From the NCBI GenBank assembly GCA_052327205.1, contig CM126212.1:157232001-157296000 (forward strand): a stretch of DNA of 64,000 nt. The letters run 5' to 3'. The position numbers were made by a program, and so were the translations under genes. The notes beneath the pieces were generated by a model. The model did no database searches. It was not told the origin of the DNA and worked only from the letters and a program-made list of their open reading frames with translations. The DNA comes from Somniosus microcephalus (taxonomy: Eukaryota). This document shows positions 48,405-60,269 of this stretch, in pieces (positions within the stretch are counted from its first letter, which is position 1; every line of letters starts with the position of its first letter).

Positions 48405-49610
48405 GAGGCCCAGTGGTAGCACTCTTGCCTCTGAGGCAGAAGTTCTTGGGTTCAAGCCCCACTGCAGATACGTGTGCACATAATCTAGGCCGACACTTCA
48501 GTGCAGTACTGAGGTGCCGTCTATTGGATGAGACATTAAACAGAGGCCCTGTTTGCCCTCTCAGGTGGACGTAAAAGATCCCATGGCACAATTTCAAAGA
48601 CGACTTGGGGAGTTCTCCCTGGCCAATATTTATCCCTCAACCAACACCTAAAAACAGATTATCTGGTCATTTATTTCATGGGGTCTTGCTGTGCATAAAT
48701 CAGCTGCTCATTTTTTCTGTATTGCAACAGTGACTACACTTCAAAAAGTACTTAATTTAGGCTGACCATACATCCCTGTTTTCCAGGGACAGTCCCCGGA
48801 TTAGGTATTGTGTTCCCGGAAGAGTCCTCGGATCAGAAAACTCGCCCCCAAATAGAGTCTTTTTTTTAAAATGCAAATGTACAGAAACTCCAGGGGCGAG
48901 ATTCTCAGCCCATTCCCACCCTGTTTGATCTCAGGAATGGATTCCAGGAGCCAGTTGAAGGGAGGAGACGATGGCGGCCCCCGCCTTCCCACAATGCTGC
49001 GTGGCGGAGGAAAGGCCCCATCGATAGCTCAGGCCGCACTGCACTCTGGGGGATTGAGTCACCTGAGCCCGTGTTTCAGCCAACAGTGACTGGCTGGAGG
49101 GCAGAACCTTTACAATGCACGGGGGAAGCAGTGAGAGCTGGTTGGTGAGTGGATTTACTTTACCTCACATTAGTATGGTGCATCGTGGTTTTATTTTTAC
49201 TGAATAAAGCAAGCTCTAAATTCTCTAATTTCTTAAACCTTCTGAGACAGCGGGTGCTTCACACCTTGTATGGAAAATCTCAGTCTGTTCGGAACAGATT
49301 TAAAATTGAGAAATTAAAAGTTGGGGTATTTGGGGACGAGTATAGGTGACACAGCACTATTACCAGAACACACGCAAGATTCGAAATTCGGTGTAAAGTG
49401 AAAACGGCATTGTCTCTACACGTATTCCACTAGCAGCAGCAACAAAGTCGTCAAGCCGGTTTTCTTGAAACCCGTCCTGGCTACTTTGCTGTGCTCTCAG
49501 CCTGTGTAGCCCCGGATTCGGTTTAGAAAATATGGTCATCCGAACTTAATTGGCTTTAAAGCGCTTTGAGGTCGTGAAAGGCTGGATGTAAATTAAAGTT
49601 CTTTCTTTAT
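48405..49610 (+). mobile_element. SacSINE1-like SINE interrupted near its tail by a hAT element
   Basis: cagtggtagcactcttgcctctgag, B box ggttcaagccc; tail resumes at 49544. Confidence 0.85.
48758..49543. mobile_element. Non-autonomous hAT (Tip100-like) DNA transposon
   Basis: Imperfect TIRs taggctgaccata / tatggtcatccga; 8-bp TSD acttaatt at 48750-48757 and 49544-49551. Confidence 0.85.
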
Positions 49611-51252
49611 TAGCTTGTTCTGCAGCTTTGTGCTATAATTTGACCGCCCTGCTTCAGTGAAGGCTCCAAACCTCCAGAGAGGCCCAGGTCTTAGCATCAG
49701 AAATGCAGAGTAAGCAATCAAAAATAAAGTCTTTGCTACACATATTTAAAATGGAATTTTCTTCCATTAGTAATTCCTTACGTGTAATTGAGAGACATGG
49801 AACAGGGAATTAGGTTTCTGCAGCAAGTTAAGCCTCTTACTTTAATGCTATTTCTGTTTATAATTGAAGCACGATCAGAAACTTCGGGCAGGATTTTCCT
49901 TCTCCAGCATTAGAGAAAAGCAGGATGTTGCACCTTGTTGCCTCGGTTCCCTCCCAACACATGACCACCAGAATTTTATTCCCAAGAGCTTCAGTGACGG
50001 GTTCTCCTGACATTTCCCACGTGTTTTGGGGAAATTTAAATTTGGAAGTGAAGAGACAGAACTTCCCTTTTTTCCTGTGTTATGAAAGGGTAGGAGGGGG
50101 GATATGGAAGAGACGAGATCGGAAAAACACAGAAGAAACTTGTTTCCAACACATTGATACCCACCCCACAGGGTTTGCAGACTGTGGAAATTCCACCTCA
50201 GTTTGTCCACGAGGCACTGCATTAGAAGCCTCACTTCCCCCACACCCCCCAGGTGTTATTGGGAGAGTCATGCCAGCTGTTGGCCGCAGACTTGCAGCCT
50301 AGCTCAACGTTAATCACAGCCTGTTCAGCAGCTGTTCAGCACTGAATTTTCATGCCACCGGGTCACTCCAGGCAGTCGCAGGTGACCTCAGTCACACAAG
50401 TCGATCGCAATATACCAAAGCATTAAAAATAAGGGAGCTGCTCTATTCAGGTGGGCCTCATAAATTATATCCTTCTCTATACACTCTACAAAGCAACAAG
50501 AATGAGCAGTGAGCTTTCATTAAGTAGTAGGATTCCTCCAGGTACAGGGGGGCATTGACAGAACTCATTCATGTTGCATTGAAGGCCCTGGATGAAAACC
50601 CACTAAATTTGAATCAACAGAAAGGTATATCATTCTATTAATGTGCAGGGAGTGGGATAAGGTTCAATGGAATGGTGTGTGGGCTGTGAGGTGCTCGAAT
50701 TACCTTGACCATAATCATGAGACCATTAAGCCATTCCCAGCATTGTGTTGCTGTTTGTGGAGTAGGTGAGGTGGCACTAGCTACCTGCGCCACTTCCCTC
50801 GCTACAATCTGCGCCATCCACTTACAAGGCTTCCAATCAGAGGTGCCAATCCTTTCCCCTTTCTCTGCCAATAACACTTTCGGGATTAGTGAGAACAACT
50901 GCAGATGGCCCAGCTGCTACACCTCCTTCTGCCATTACAAGCAGTTTCTGTTGTCGCTCTTCCTCCAATTCAACTGCCTCTGGCCCTTTAATCAGCTGCA
51001 AACCTTGTAAAATGCTGCAGCTAAACCGCTCCCCTCCTGGTGGCAGTCAGCCAGTCAGGAGAGGGAATGCCACTGGAAATGTACCCCGAACATCTACAAG
51101 AGGCCTTCCTCCAGGACAGCGTTGTGCATTCACACTGGCAGTTGGAAGACTCGCCCACTGCTGAACTGTCAGAGGGAAATCCAGCCCTCCGTCTTGGCAG
51201 ACAAAGAATGGGAGTTTCAGCCAACCTATCCAGCATGGTCTTTCAGCCTATA

Positions 51253-51966
51253 GGGGGCAAAATTGGGTCGCGCCTCCTTTGGGGCGCTAACTTCGCCGGG
51301 GCGCTACTTTTAGCGCCCTGAAAAGATTAGTGCCCCCCGCGCTCGAAATTCACTGGTAGCGCCCCAAGAGGGAGGCGGGGCGATACTGGAAGTGCCCCGC
51401 CTCCCTCTTGGGGTGCTGCGAGGGAATATCGCGGCGCTACGTGCGCCACTGTACTGCAGGCCTTTCTCCCCTTATTAAAGCGGAGGGGCCTAGCGCAGTG
51501 CGACCCAGGGCCCAGCTGGGCCACCAGGGATCGGAGTGCCGGCAAAAGAGCCTGGCACTCTAGAGAAGTGCTGGGCTCACGGTGCGCAGCCGGCACCCCG
51601 TGGCGGGGGGTGGGGCGCTGCACAGGAGGCCGGGGACGGCAACGGGGGAAGGTGCTGGCAGGTGGCCAGCAACAAAAATGGCCACCCGGCACCCCCCCCC
51701 ACTTTAATTTGCACCATCCTGGCCGCAGGTAGGCCCCCTTGACCCTGTCGGACATACCGTCCGGCGGAAAGTCAGGGGGCGCTACCGAAGATCGCAGCCA
51801 GGGCGCGAGCAGGGCGTTGTGCACAGCGATGACATCATCGCTGGAGGCGCAGCATTGCAGGGCGCTAATGGTTACCACTGCCGCTAACCTCCCACTGAAT
51901 TTCGCGGGCGCTAGTTGCTTTATGCCCCATTAGCGCGGTGGCGCAAATCAACCGAATTTTTCCCCC
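51253..51966. mobile_element. MITE family 1, second copy, TSD ATA
   Basis: TIRs gggggcaaaattgg / ccgaatttttccccc; ends homologous to 27184-28021. Confidence 0.85.
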
Positions 51967-52014
51967 ATAGTTCTTTATATTCTAGTGAGAGCAGAAGTTG
52001 AATTCAATATCTGA

Positions 52015-52870
52015 ACAACGGCAACTTGTATTTATATAGCACCTTTAACATAGTAAAAAGTCCCAAGGCTCGTCACAGGAGTATTACCAAATACAATTTG
52101 ACACCGAGCTACATAAGGAGATATTAGGGCAGATGACCAAAAGCTTGGTCACAGAGCTAAGTTTTAAGGAGCATCTTAAAGGAGGAGAGGTAGAAAGGCG
52201 GAGAGGTTTAGGGAGGACATTCCTAGATTAGAGTTTAGGTAGCTGAAGGCACGGCCACCACTGTTGGAGTGAAGAAAATCAGGGATGTGCAAGAGCCCAG
52301 AATTGAAGGGCCGCAGATATCTCGGAGGGTTGTAGGGCAGGAGGAGATTAGAGATAGGGAGGGGCGAGGCTATGGAGGGTTTTGAAAACAAGGATGAGAA
52401 TTTTAAAGAGTTACATTTATATAGCGCATTTCAGGACCACCGGACGTCTCAAAGTGCTTTATAGACAATGAAGTACTTTTGGAGTGTAGTCACTGTTGTA
52501 ATGTGGGAAACGCGGCAGCAAATTTGTGCACAGCAAGCTCCCACAAACAGCAATGTTATAATGACCAGATAATCTGTTTTTTTTGTTATGTTGGTTGAGG
52601 GATAAATATTGGCCAGGACACCGGGGATGACTCCCCTAAAATTGAGATGTTGCTGGACCAGGAGCCAGCGTAGGTCAGCGAGCACAGGAGTGATGGGTGA
52701 ACGGGACTTGGGGTGAGTTAGGACATGGGCAGCAGAGTTTTGAATGAGCTCAAGTTCACGGAGGGAGGTGCAAGTTGGGAGACCAGTCAGGAGAGTGTTG
52801 GAATAGTCGAGATTAGATGTCATAAAGGCACGGAGGAGGGTTTCAGCAACAGATCAGCTGAGCCGGGCAT
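52015..52870 (-). mobile_element. L2 3' portion with nested SINE fragment (52408-52637)
   Basis: Minus-strand LDYSNTLLTGLP..IQNSAAHVLT..PITPVLADLRWL; SINE tail and core inside. Confidence 0.88.
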
Positions 52871-53859
52871 GTTCTGCACAAAGTTCAGTCAGTAAACATT
52901 TTTATAGCATTTCAGGCCCTTCACTTTATGGAATAAATAATTAAATTCTCTGTTTTCTCTGTGCCTAATCTGCTTATAGCATTTCTGCTTCTCAATGACT
53001 ACTTGACTGTCGCATTTAAAATCCCCTGAGCAAGACTCAAGTAGAACCATTTGGGGTTTTAGAGCGCCAGCTATGGCACTTCAATAATTAGTCACTGCAT
53101 CACAGAGACTTACAAGTCTGTGCCTGGACTGAACAGCCCTGCAAAAACATTCAACAGTTCATTCAAAAGGCAATATAGCATTTTCCTCTGTAATGGGATG
53201 TTGTAAATGAAGCTCAGCCTCTCCTTCCACTGAAGGCAATGCCACGATCTGCAGCTGCATTAACTCTGCAGTCTCTCTAACTGGTGGATAAAAATAAGTC
53301 ATGACTTATTTACTCATTGAGCACGGTGTTATTTATCGGACGTATGCTTACAATGATAGGTTCCACGTATGCTGCTACTCAAACCACTCACCACCACATC
53401 TACCTGGAAAGTAGAGCGGCATTTCATTCTGTTAGTCAATAATGGTTTTCAGCGACACCACTTTACTCTTGCCTTGATTACGGGCTTTTCCCACCCTTTT
53501 GAACTTATTAAACTACTTCCACCAGTTCACAATATCCACTGGTTTTGAGGATTTAGCAAATTCAGAGAGTATTTTTAGCCCAGTTATTTAAATCCCATTT
53601 GATGTAGACAAATTACTTTTTGAAGTCATAAAAGTCTCTATTTTTATCGATGTCTTTCACAAAAGTTTGAAGGATCATTTTTACAAGTTTAGGGTCTTGC
53701 CTTCGATAACTTCGCTGATTCAGTGGCCCCAGTCCCTGGTATAAGTGGGCCCAACGCACCTAATGTGCCAGAGTAGACCCACACTGGCCAGTATCTACTT
53801 ATATGATAGTGTAGGACGTGCTGTAACAGTAGCACCCCTTGTGATCTGAACCACATATA

Positions 53860-54322
53860 AAGAAAGACTTGCATTTATATAGCGCCTTTCACGACCACCG
53901 GACGTCTCAAAGTGCTTTACAGCCAATGAAGTACTTTTGAAGTGTAGTCACTGTTGTAATATGGGAAACGCGGCAGCCAATTTGCGCACAGCAAACTCCC
54001 ACAAACAGCAATGTGATAATGATCAGATAATCTGTTTTGTTATGTTGGTTGAGGGATAAATATTGGCCAGGACACCTGGGAGAGCTCCCCTGCTCGTCTT
54101 CGAAATAGTGCCATGGGATCTTTTACATTCACGTGAGAGAGCAGACAGGACCTCGGTTTAACGTCTCATCCGAAAGACGGCACCTCCGACAGTGCGGCAC
54201 TCCCTCAGCACTGCACTGGAGTGTCAGCCTAGCTTTATGTGCTTAAGTCCCTGGAGTGGGACTTCAACCCACAACCTTCTGACTCAGAAGCTAGTGCGCT
54301 ACCAACTGAGCTGCAGCTGACA
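53860..54322 (-). mobile_element. Full-length SacSINE1-like SINE
   Basis: Collinear with 23331-23795; A box cagctcagttggtagc, B-box-like gttgaagtccc. Confidence 0.9.
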
Positions 54323-54695
54323 ATTCAAGTCTTCCACATGTACAACCATGTACCTCTCCAATCATTTCAAAGGCAAATGGAGAAAACACCTAGTAAGACA
54401 AGGCCTGATGCAAGTTATTAAGCTGCTTTAATTTCACAGCAAGTGAACATAGAGGAAAAGTTATGGTTGGATTCCATTCAATCAGTACAACTTATCCTTG
54501 CATAATAAAAAAATAATGAACACTCCACGCTTCTCCACATTAGTGGGTTGCCTTGCTTCAGTAAAACAAAATAACCCCTAACTATCCTTCTGAGCCCAAC
54601 CAAAGCTTGCCCTAGAAGCTTTCTGTTTAAAGCCTAAATGACTTCACAGCCTTTGCTCAACCTGATTGCCAGTAAGTGTTTCTTTCTGTCTCTTC

Positions 54696-55476
54696 GGGGG
54701 CGATTTTCCCAGCTCTGGGGAGACGGGACTGTCAGGAAAATGGCAGAATCTGGGAGCGGGTACCCATCCCGCCCACATGCCATCTTCCCAGGAGGCGGGT
54801 ACCCGAACCGCGCCTGGTCCCGTCTCCTCGAGGCGGGAATGGGATTAGTGCCAACTACCTGCCTGTTATCAGGTAGTTAACAGGCAGCTCTTTGGCTAAT
54901 CCTTATTTTGAGCCCTGAAGTGTGGGCTTCCCGACAGCTCCGAACCTCGCAAGGGTCAGCGAGGCGAGCTGTGAGTCTGCGGGGGTCGGAGGGGCCGAAA
55001 TATCTGGTGTGCAGGTGAGTGATGAGTGCAAGTGTGCAGAGGTAAGTGTGTGAGGTGAGTCTAAAGTGTTTTAATAAGATTACTTACCTTTGCTTCTTCC
55101 TCCAGGCTTCATCCCTTTAGGCTGCGGAGCTGCCTCATCTCACCAGCTGAGAAAGCAGAATGGCCGCTGCATTCTTAAATGCAGCAGCCTTCTGCTTTCT
55201 GCTCAGGAAAGCTTTCTAATTGAGTCTTGAGTAAAGGACTCACCAAAGAACAGAGATCATCAGTGTTTGACAGCTTCTCAATTCATCTGTCAAAATTTTG
55301 ACAGATGAAACGTCATACGCTGACGTTCTGTCACCGGCTTTCCCTTAATTGGCAGGCTTAACAAGGCCAATCAAGGGAAAATAGCACGGGTTGGCCAGAC
55401 GTCGATGGAGGCGGGACTAAAACCCGACAAACAGCTTTCCCGCCTCCATCACATCCCCATTGATAAAATCACCCTC
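54696..55476 (+). mobile_element. MITE family 2, TSD TTC
   Basis: TIRs gggggcgatttt / aaaatcaccctc; collinear with 60270-61075. Confidence 0.85.
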
Positions 55477-56289
55477 TTCATCTCAGTGTTCATAGTCAGA
55501 AAGCAAAGTCTGTTAGATAAAATCTTGCATACTGCCCAGACCAAAGACTTCCCAACGCATTGGGTGTGAGGTGTTTATTGAATACCAAGCTAATGAATTG
55601 CTTATTGTTTACAGTCTTTAGGGATAAAACTTCAACGTTTGGTCTATTAGCATATAAATCACTTTATATATAGGTTTGTTTATTTTAAACTTTCATGAAT
55701 GCACTTTCCTTTAAAAATCTAGCATTTAAAGGCAATTTATTTTCCAATTCTTTTCTGTGGAAAAGTGGTCAAAAAAAGTCCTGAAACCGGATAGTCATTC
55801 TCCCTAAAATGCCACTTAGGGTTTAGTGAAGTTTGGAAGGACAGTTTGCTTCCGTTATAACCAGTGAAAAATAATCATAGTCATTGACAGAGGCCAACTT
55901 GGTCTGTTCTGATCATGTTATTGTATATTACATCCCACTGGATGGTTTTACAGGAAGTTAACATGCACAAAAGCAGTAAATGGAGCATTAACTGTTCAGT
56001 GGGAACTGTGTATAATTACTGACGTAATAAAACTCACTACGCACTTGGTTTGAGCATAAAGCAAGGCTTTAATCAACTTGTTTCAGAACATGGAGGTCTA
56101 GATGTATTTCACTAGCGCCTTGTCTTACAAAATGTCCCTGGCAAGCTGGGGCCCATGCCCGAGTATTTATACTCCTGGGACAGCGCCACCAGCTGGCCGT
56201 CCAGCGTTATTTCACAAGTAGTTTCTTGATGATGAGATTTATAACAATCTTCCTGCCTAAAAGATTTGGAAGTCCAACGACTTCCTCTT

Positions 56290-58620
56290 AACGGATTAGG
56301 TGGACCACGAATAGCCGCAGTCTTTTAGATTTTTGTTTATGGGCAGAAGCCACGTCTCCCCGGACCGTGTCTTGGTCCCTGGGCCACTTGATCCATACCG
56401 GTGGATCGACAGGGCCCGTGTTGCTCTGTTCGACCCGTGGGAGGCTGGGGAGATCGTGACTCCAGGTGCGGGTCCCCACAGGCGCAGAGCTGGCTTCGTC
56501 CCGTTGGTTAGCCGGGGTATGTGGGGCTGACGTCCGTAAGTTCTAACTCGTCGACTAGAGGATCAGTTTTCGTCAATCGGCCGAATCTTCGGAGCAGCAC
56601 GGGGCCAGGAGCTGCCAACCATGACGGTAGAGACGTCCCATGGGTGGAGCGACGCTGGAAGCTGAAGAATCGCTCGTGAGGTGTGACATTGGTAGAAGTA
56701 GAAAAGAGAGACCTGATGGAATGCAACACGTCAGGGAGCATAGTTTCCCACTGCTGGTCTGGTAGGTTGCATGACCTCAGCGCAAGACGAACAGCGTTCC
56801 AAATGATAGCGTTGTATCTCTCAACCTGTCCGTCACCAATGGGATGGTACGGTATTGTTTTACTTGTGGTGATTCCCCGTTGGGAGAGAGAACTTTTGAG
56901 TTCGCTTGACATGAAGGAGGGACCCTAATCAGAGTGGATGAAATTGACCGTACCGCAAAGGGAAAAGACTTGATCATGGCATTTGATCACTGTGGAAGTA
57001 AGCATATTGGGACAGGGGAAAGCAAAGGGAAAGTGTGAATATTCGTCCACCATAGTCAGTAAGTAGGTGTTTCGCGTTGAGGAAGGCAATGGCCCTTTAA
57101 AGTCAATGCTGAGTCGCTGCATAGGCTGCATAGCGTGTATGAGCGAGCCATCCGATGGATGGAAGAATTGCGGTTTTAACTCCGTACAAATTTTACAGGA
57201 GGAGCACGTTCTTTTCACATCTTCTGTAGAAAATGGGAGATTTTTAGATCGCACAAAGTGCAACATACGGGTAACGCCAGGATGGCACAAGTCAGTATGA
57301 AGATCCGCTAGAGTCGAAGTTGACATAGAAGAGCAGAAAGCCCACGTGAGGGTATCCGGGGCCACATTCTCTTTGCCGGGTCGATAATGTATGGTGTATC
57401 CAAAGGCAGCCAATTCCATCCTCCGGAGTTGTATTTTGTTAATCTTGATGTTAGTGCGTTTCCGGTTATCCAGCATAAAGGCCACGGAGCGCTGATCGGT
57501 TATGTATGAAATGGCGACGAGCGAGAAAATGACTCCATTTACGTACTGCTTCGATGATGGCCGTAGCCTCCTTCTCGACAGGAGGATAATGGAGCTCGCT
57601 ACCCTGCAAAGTTCTGGACAGAAATGCAACGGGTCGACCACCTTGATTCAAGGTAGCAGAGATCGCCACATCCGATGCATCGCACTCGACCATGAAAGGA
57701 AGATTTTCATCAATGGAACGAAGCATGGCTTTTTCCAGTTGTTGCTTGAGGAGGTTGAAAGCTGAAATAGCCATTGTCTCCAATGGAAAGGACTTAGCGT
57801 GAAGCAGGGGCTGGATCTTGTCGGAGAAGTGGGGTATCCATTTCGCATAATAGGCGAACATGCTGAGTGCCCGATGAAGAGAGCCGAGATTCGTAGGGGG
57901 AGGGAGCTCCTGAAGCGGACGAAGTCGCTCCGGATCCAGTTTGATGACACCGTTGCCCACCCAGTAGCCAAGGATGTTGACTGATGGTACTGATTTCACA
58001 GATTTGGACTCATTTAAAGTTAAGTTGCGACGACGGAGAACGTCAAAAAATTTCTGGAGGTTGGCATCATGCTCCTTCTGGTCATGACCAGCAATGGTGA
58101 TATTATCCAGGTCTGGAAAAGTGTCCGTTAAGTTCTCCTGTTTGACTAGGCTATCCATTGCCCGTTGAAAGACGGCCACCCCATTGGTGACCCCCAAATG
58201 GAAGGGGACAAAACTGGTAAAGCTGACCATTGGCCTCAAAGGCTGTATAATTTTTGCCAGAGTCCTTTAACGGTACTTGATGATATGCGCTCTTAAATCA
58301 AAAGTTGAAAATACCTTGTAGTTGGCAAGGTTATTGACCATGTCATCGATGCGTGTAGTGGGTCGGCATCCAGGTCGGTATACTGGTTAATAGTTTGCGA
58401 GTAATCGATGCAAAGACGTTTCTTCTGTTGCCTCAGAGGATTTTTAACAATAACGACTTGAGCCCGCCAGGAAGATGAACATGGCTCAATGATACCGTCA
58501 GCTAGGTGGTGAGAGATTTCTGCCTCGATAAAGGCTCGATCATCTTGGCTGAAACGTCATGATTTAGCGACTATGGGCTTACATCGGGGGGAATGATTGG
58601 CAAACAAGGGCTTGTCGAGC
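56290..58620 (-). pseudogene. pol of Gypsy element 2 (RT, RNase H, integrase) with stops and frameshifts; protease apparently deleted
   Basis: RLCIDY at ~58400-58420; GVTNGVAVFQR; DLDN; CDASD..EKEA; LHTDLCHPG..CKIC; IDFKGPL; NIHSD-like; GQVERYN. Confidence 0.9.
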
Positions 58621-58717
58621 GAAGCCACCGAAAGCGCACAAAACGGTGCCCTTGACAGCTGTAACCTTAGTAGTGGTCCTTGGGGGAGGAGCAGTTTTAT
58701 AGATTGCAGCTGTAACC

Positions 58718-59638
58718 TTAGTAGTAGCTCTTGGGGGAGCAGTTTGGAGCAGTTTTATAGATAGTAGCTGCAAAACTAACAGGAGCTCTCGACCGGTATA
58801 CCTTAGAAAAGTGGCCTTTCTTACTAACAGTGACTCTTGACTGGCATACTTTAGAAAAGTGACCTTTCTTGCTGCAATGATTGCAGGTTGCGTTATGAGG
58901 ACAAAATTTCCTATAATGAAACGCACCTCCACAGAAGAAACACTTCCTTCCGGATTGCCAAGATGCCGCTAGGGTGGGGTCGTCATCAGTGTAGGTTTCT
59001 AGGGTAGGGTTGCCATCAGCCAGGTTGGAGTCGTCATCAATGAGGGCTTCCGCCCGAGGCCTATCAAAGGAGTCACTAAAAGTGATTGCAGCAGCCCGTG
59101 CACGTGGTGAAAGATAGGTATCTGCATTCCTCTTTGCTAAGTCCAGAGAACATGCCTGGTCATAGGCAGCCTGTAACTTGAGGCTTTTATTCTCCAACAG
59201 ATGCTGACGTATGAAAGGAGAAGCAATCCCATTAATAAAGGAATCATGAATTAACTCCTCCTGGTACTGCTCAGCTGTAACAGCTTTAAGATTACAATCC
59301 TTGCTGAGCCTGCGAAGTTTCTGAAGGAATTCGTCAAGTGATTCCCCGGGTTGTTGTCGAGTTGTGGCCAGTAGATGCCGAGCAAAAATTTCATTTGGGG
59401 ACTTGACATACAGCTGCTGTAGTATTTGGATAGCGGCGTCATAGTCTACACAGTCTTCGATATAATCAAACACATGAGGGGATACATAATTCGCAAGTAT
59501 CTCTAATTTATCAGGAACATTTTCACCACACACCCTGAGAAAGTTGCTGAAAGTATGATACCAGTGTTTCCATATCTTAGCAGCTGTAAGTGAATTCGGG
59601 TCCAGGTTGAGACCGTCGGGGCTGAGTAGTTTCTCCAT
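58718..59638 (-). pseudogene. gag of Gypsy element 2
   Basis: FARHLLATTRQQPGESLDEF; CFFCGGAFHYRKFC and CNHCSKKGHFSKVC knuckles; internal tandem duplications. Confidence 0.85.
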
Positions 59639-60269
59639 GATGGATCGATTACTTGTCGGAGTTCCCTTCTACGGTTCGAGTCGTAGCTGGCTGTTCCCAA
59701 AATCACCCAAAGCGCGGAGTCGATATCAAGTTGATTAAATTGACGTAATAAAACTCACTAAGCACTTGGTTTGAGCATAAAGCAAGGCTTTAATCAACTT
59801 GTTTCAGAACATGGAGGTCGAGTTGTATGTTACTAGTTCCTTGTCTTACAAAATGTCCCTGGCAAGCTGGGGCCCACGCCTGAGTATTTATACTTCTGGG
59901 ACAGCGCCACCAGCTGGCCGTCCAGCATTATTTCATAAGTAGTTTCTTGATGATGAGATTTATAACAATTACTGTGCATGCTGTCAAAACCACCTTAAAA
60001 GTGGCACATCGGGCAATCCCATACAAGAGCTTTTGACCAGGACTTATATAAAATACAACATTCTTGACATGGTCAACATAACTCATATGCAGCCAACATA
60101 ATCCAATAAGTTAATTTCTATAAACATCTGTCCCAGTACGCATCTCTATATCAAATCATAAAACTACGTCTAATTTTGTGCCAAGAAATTTTGCTTCTAT
60201 AGTTTCTTTGCCTATTATGCACATGGTTTATTGCAAGTTATTGAGTTCAATTACTAGTTCAGATACTAA

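Larger units (their letters stand above)
56020..59967 (-). mobile_element. Decayed Ty3/Gypsy LTR retrotransposon (element 2) without a tRNA PBS
   Basis: 227-bp LTRs at 56020-56246 and 59741-59967 (TG...CA, about 12 differences by eye); 5-bp TSD ATTAC; PPT-like aggcaggaaga; gag-RT-RH-IN order. Confidence 0.95.

Noticed and set aside
50838-51046. Minus-strand open stretch ...PEAVELEEERQQKLL...
   Set aside because: Protein-like by eye but short, bounded by stops and not recognisable; compatible with chance.
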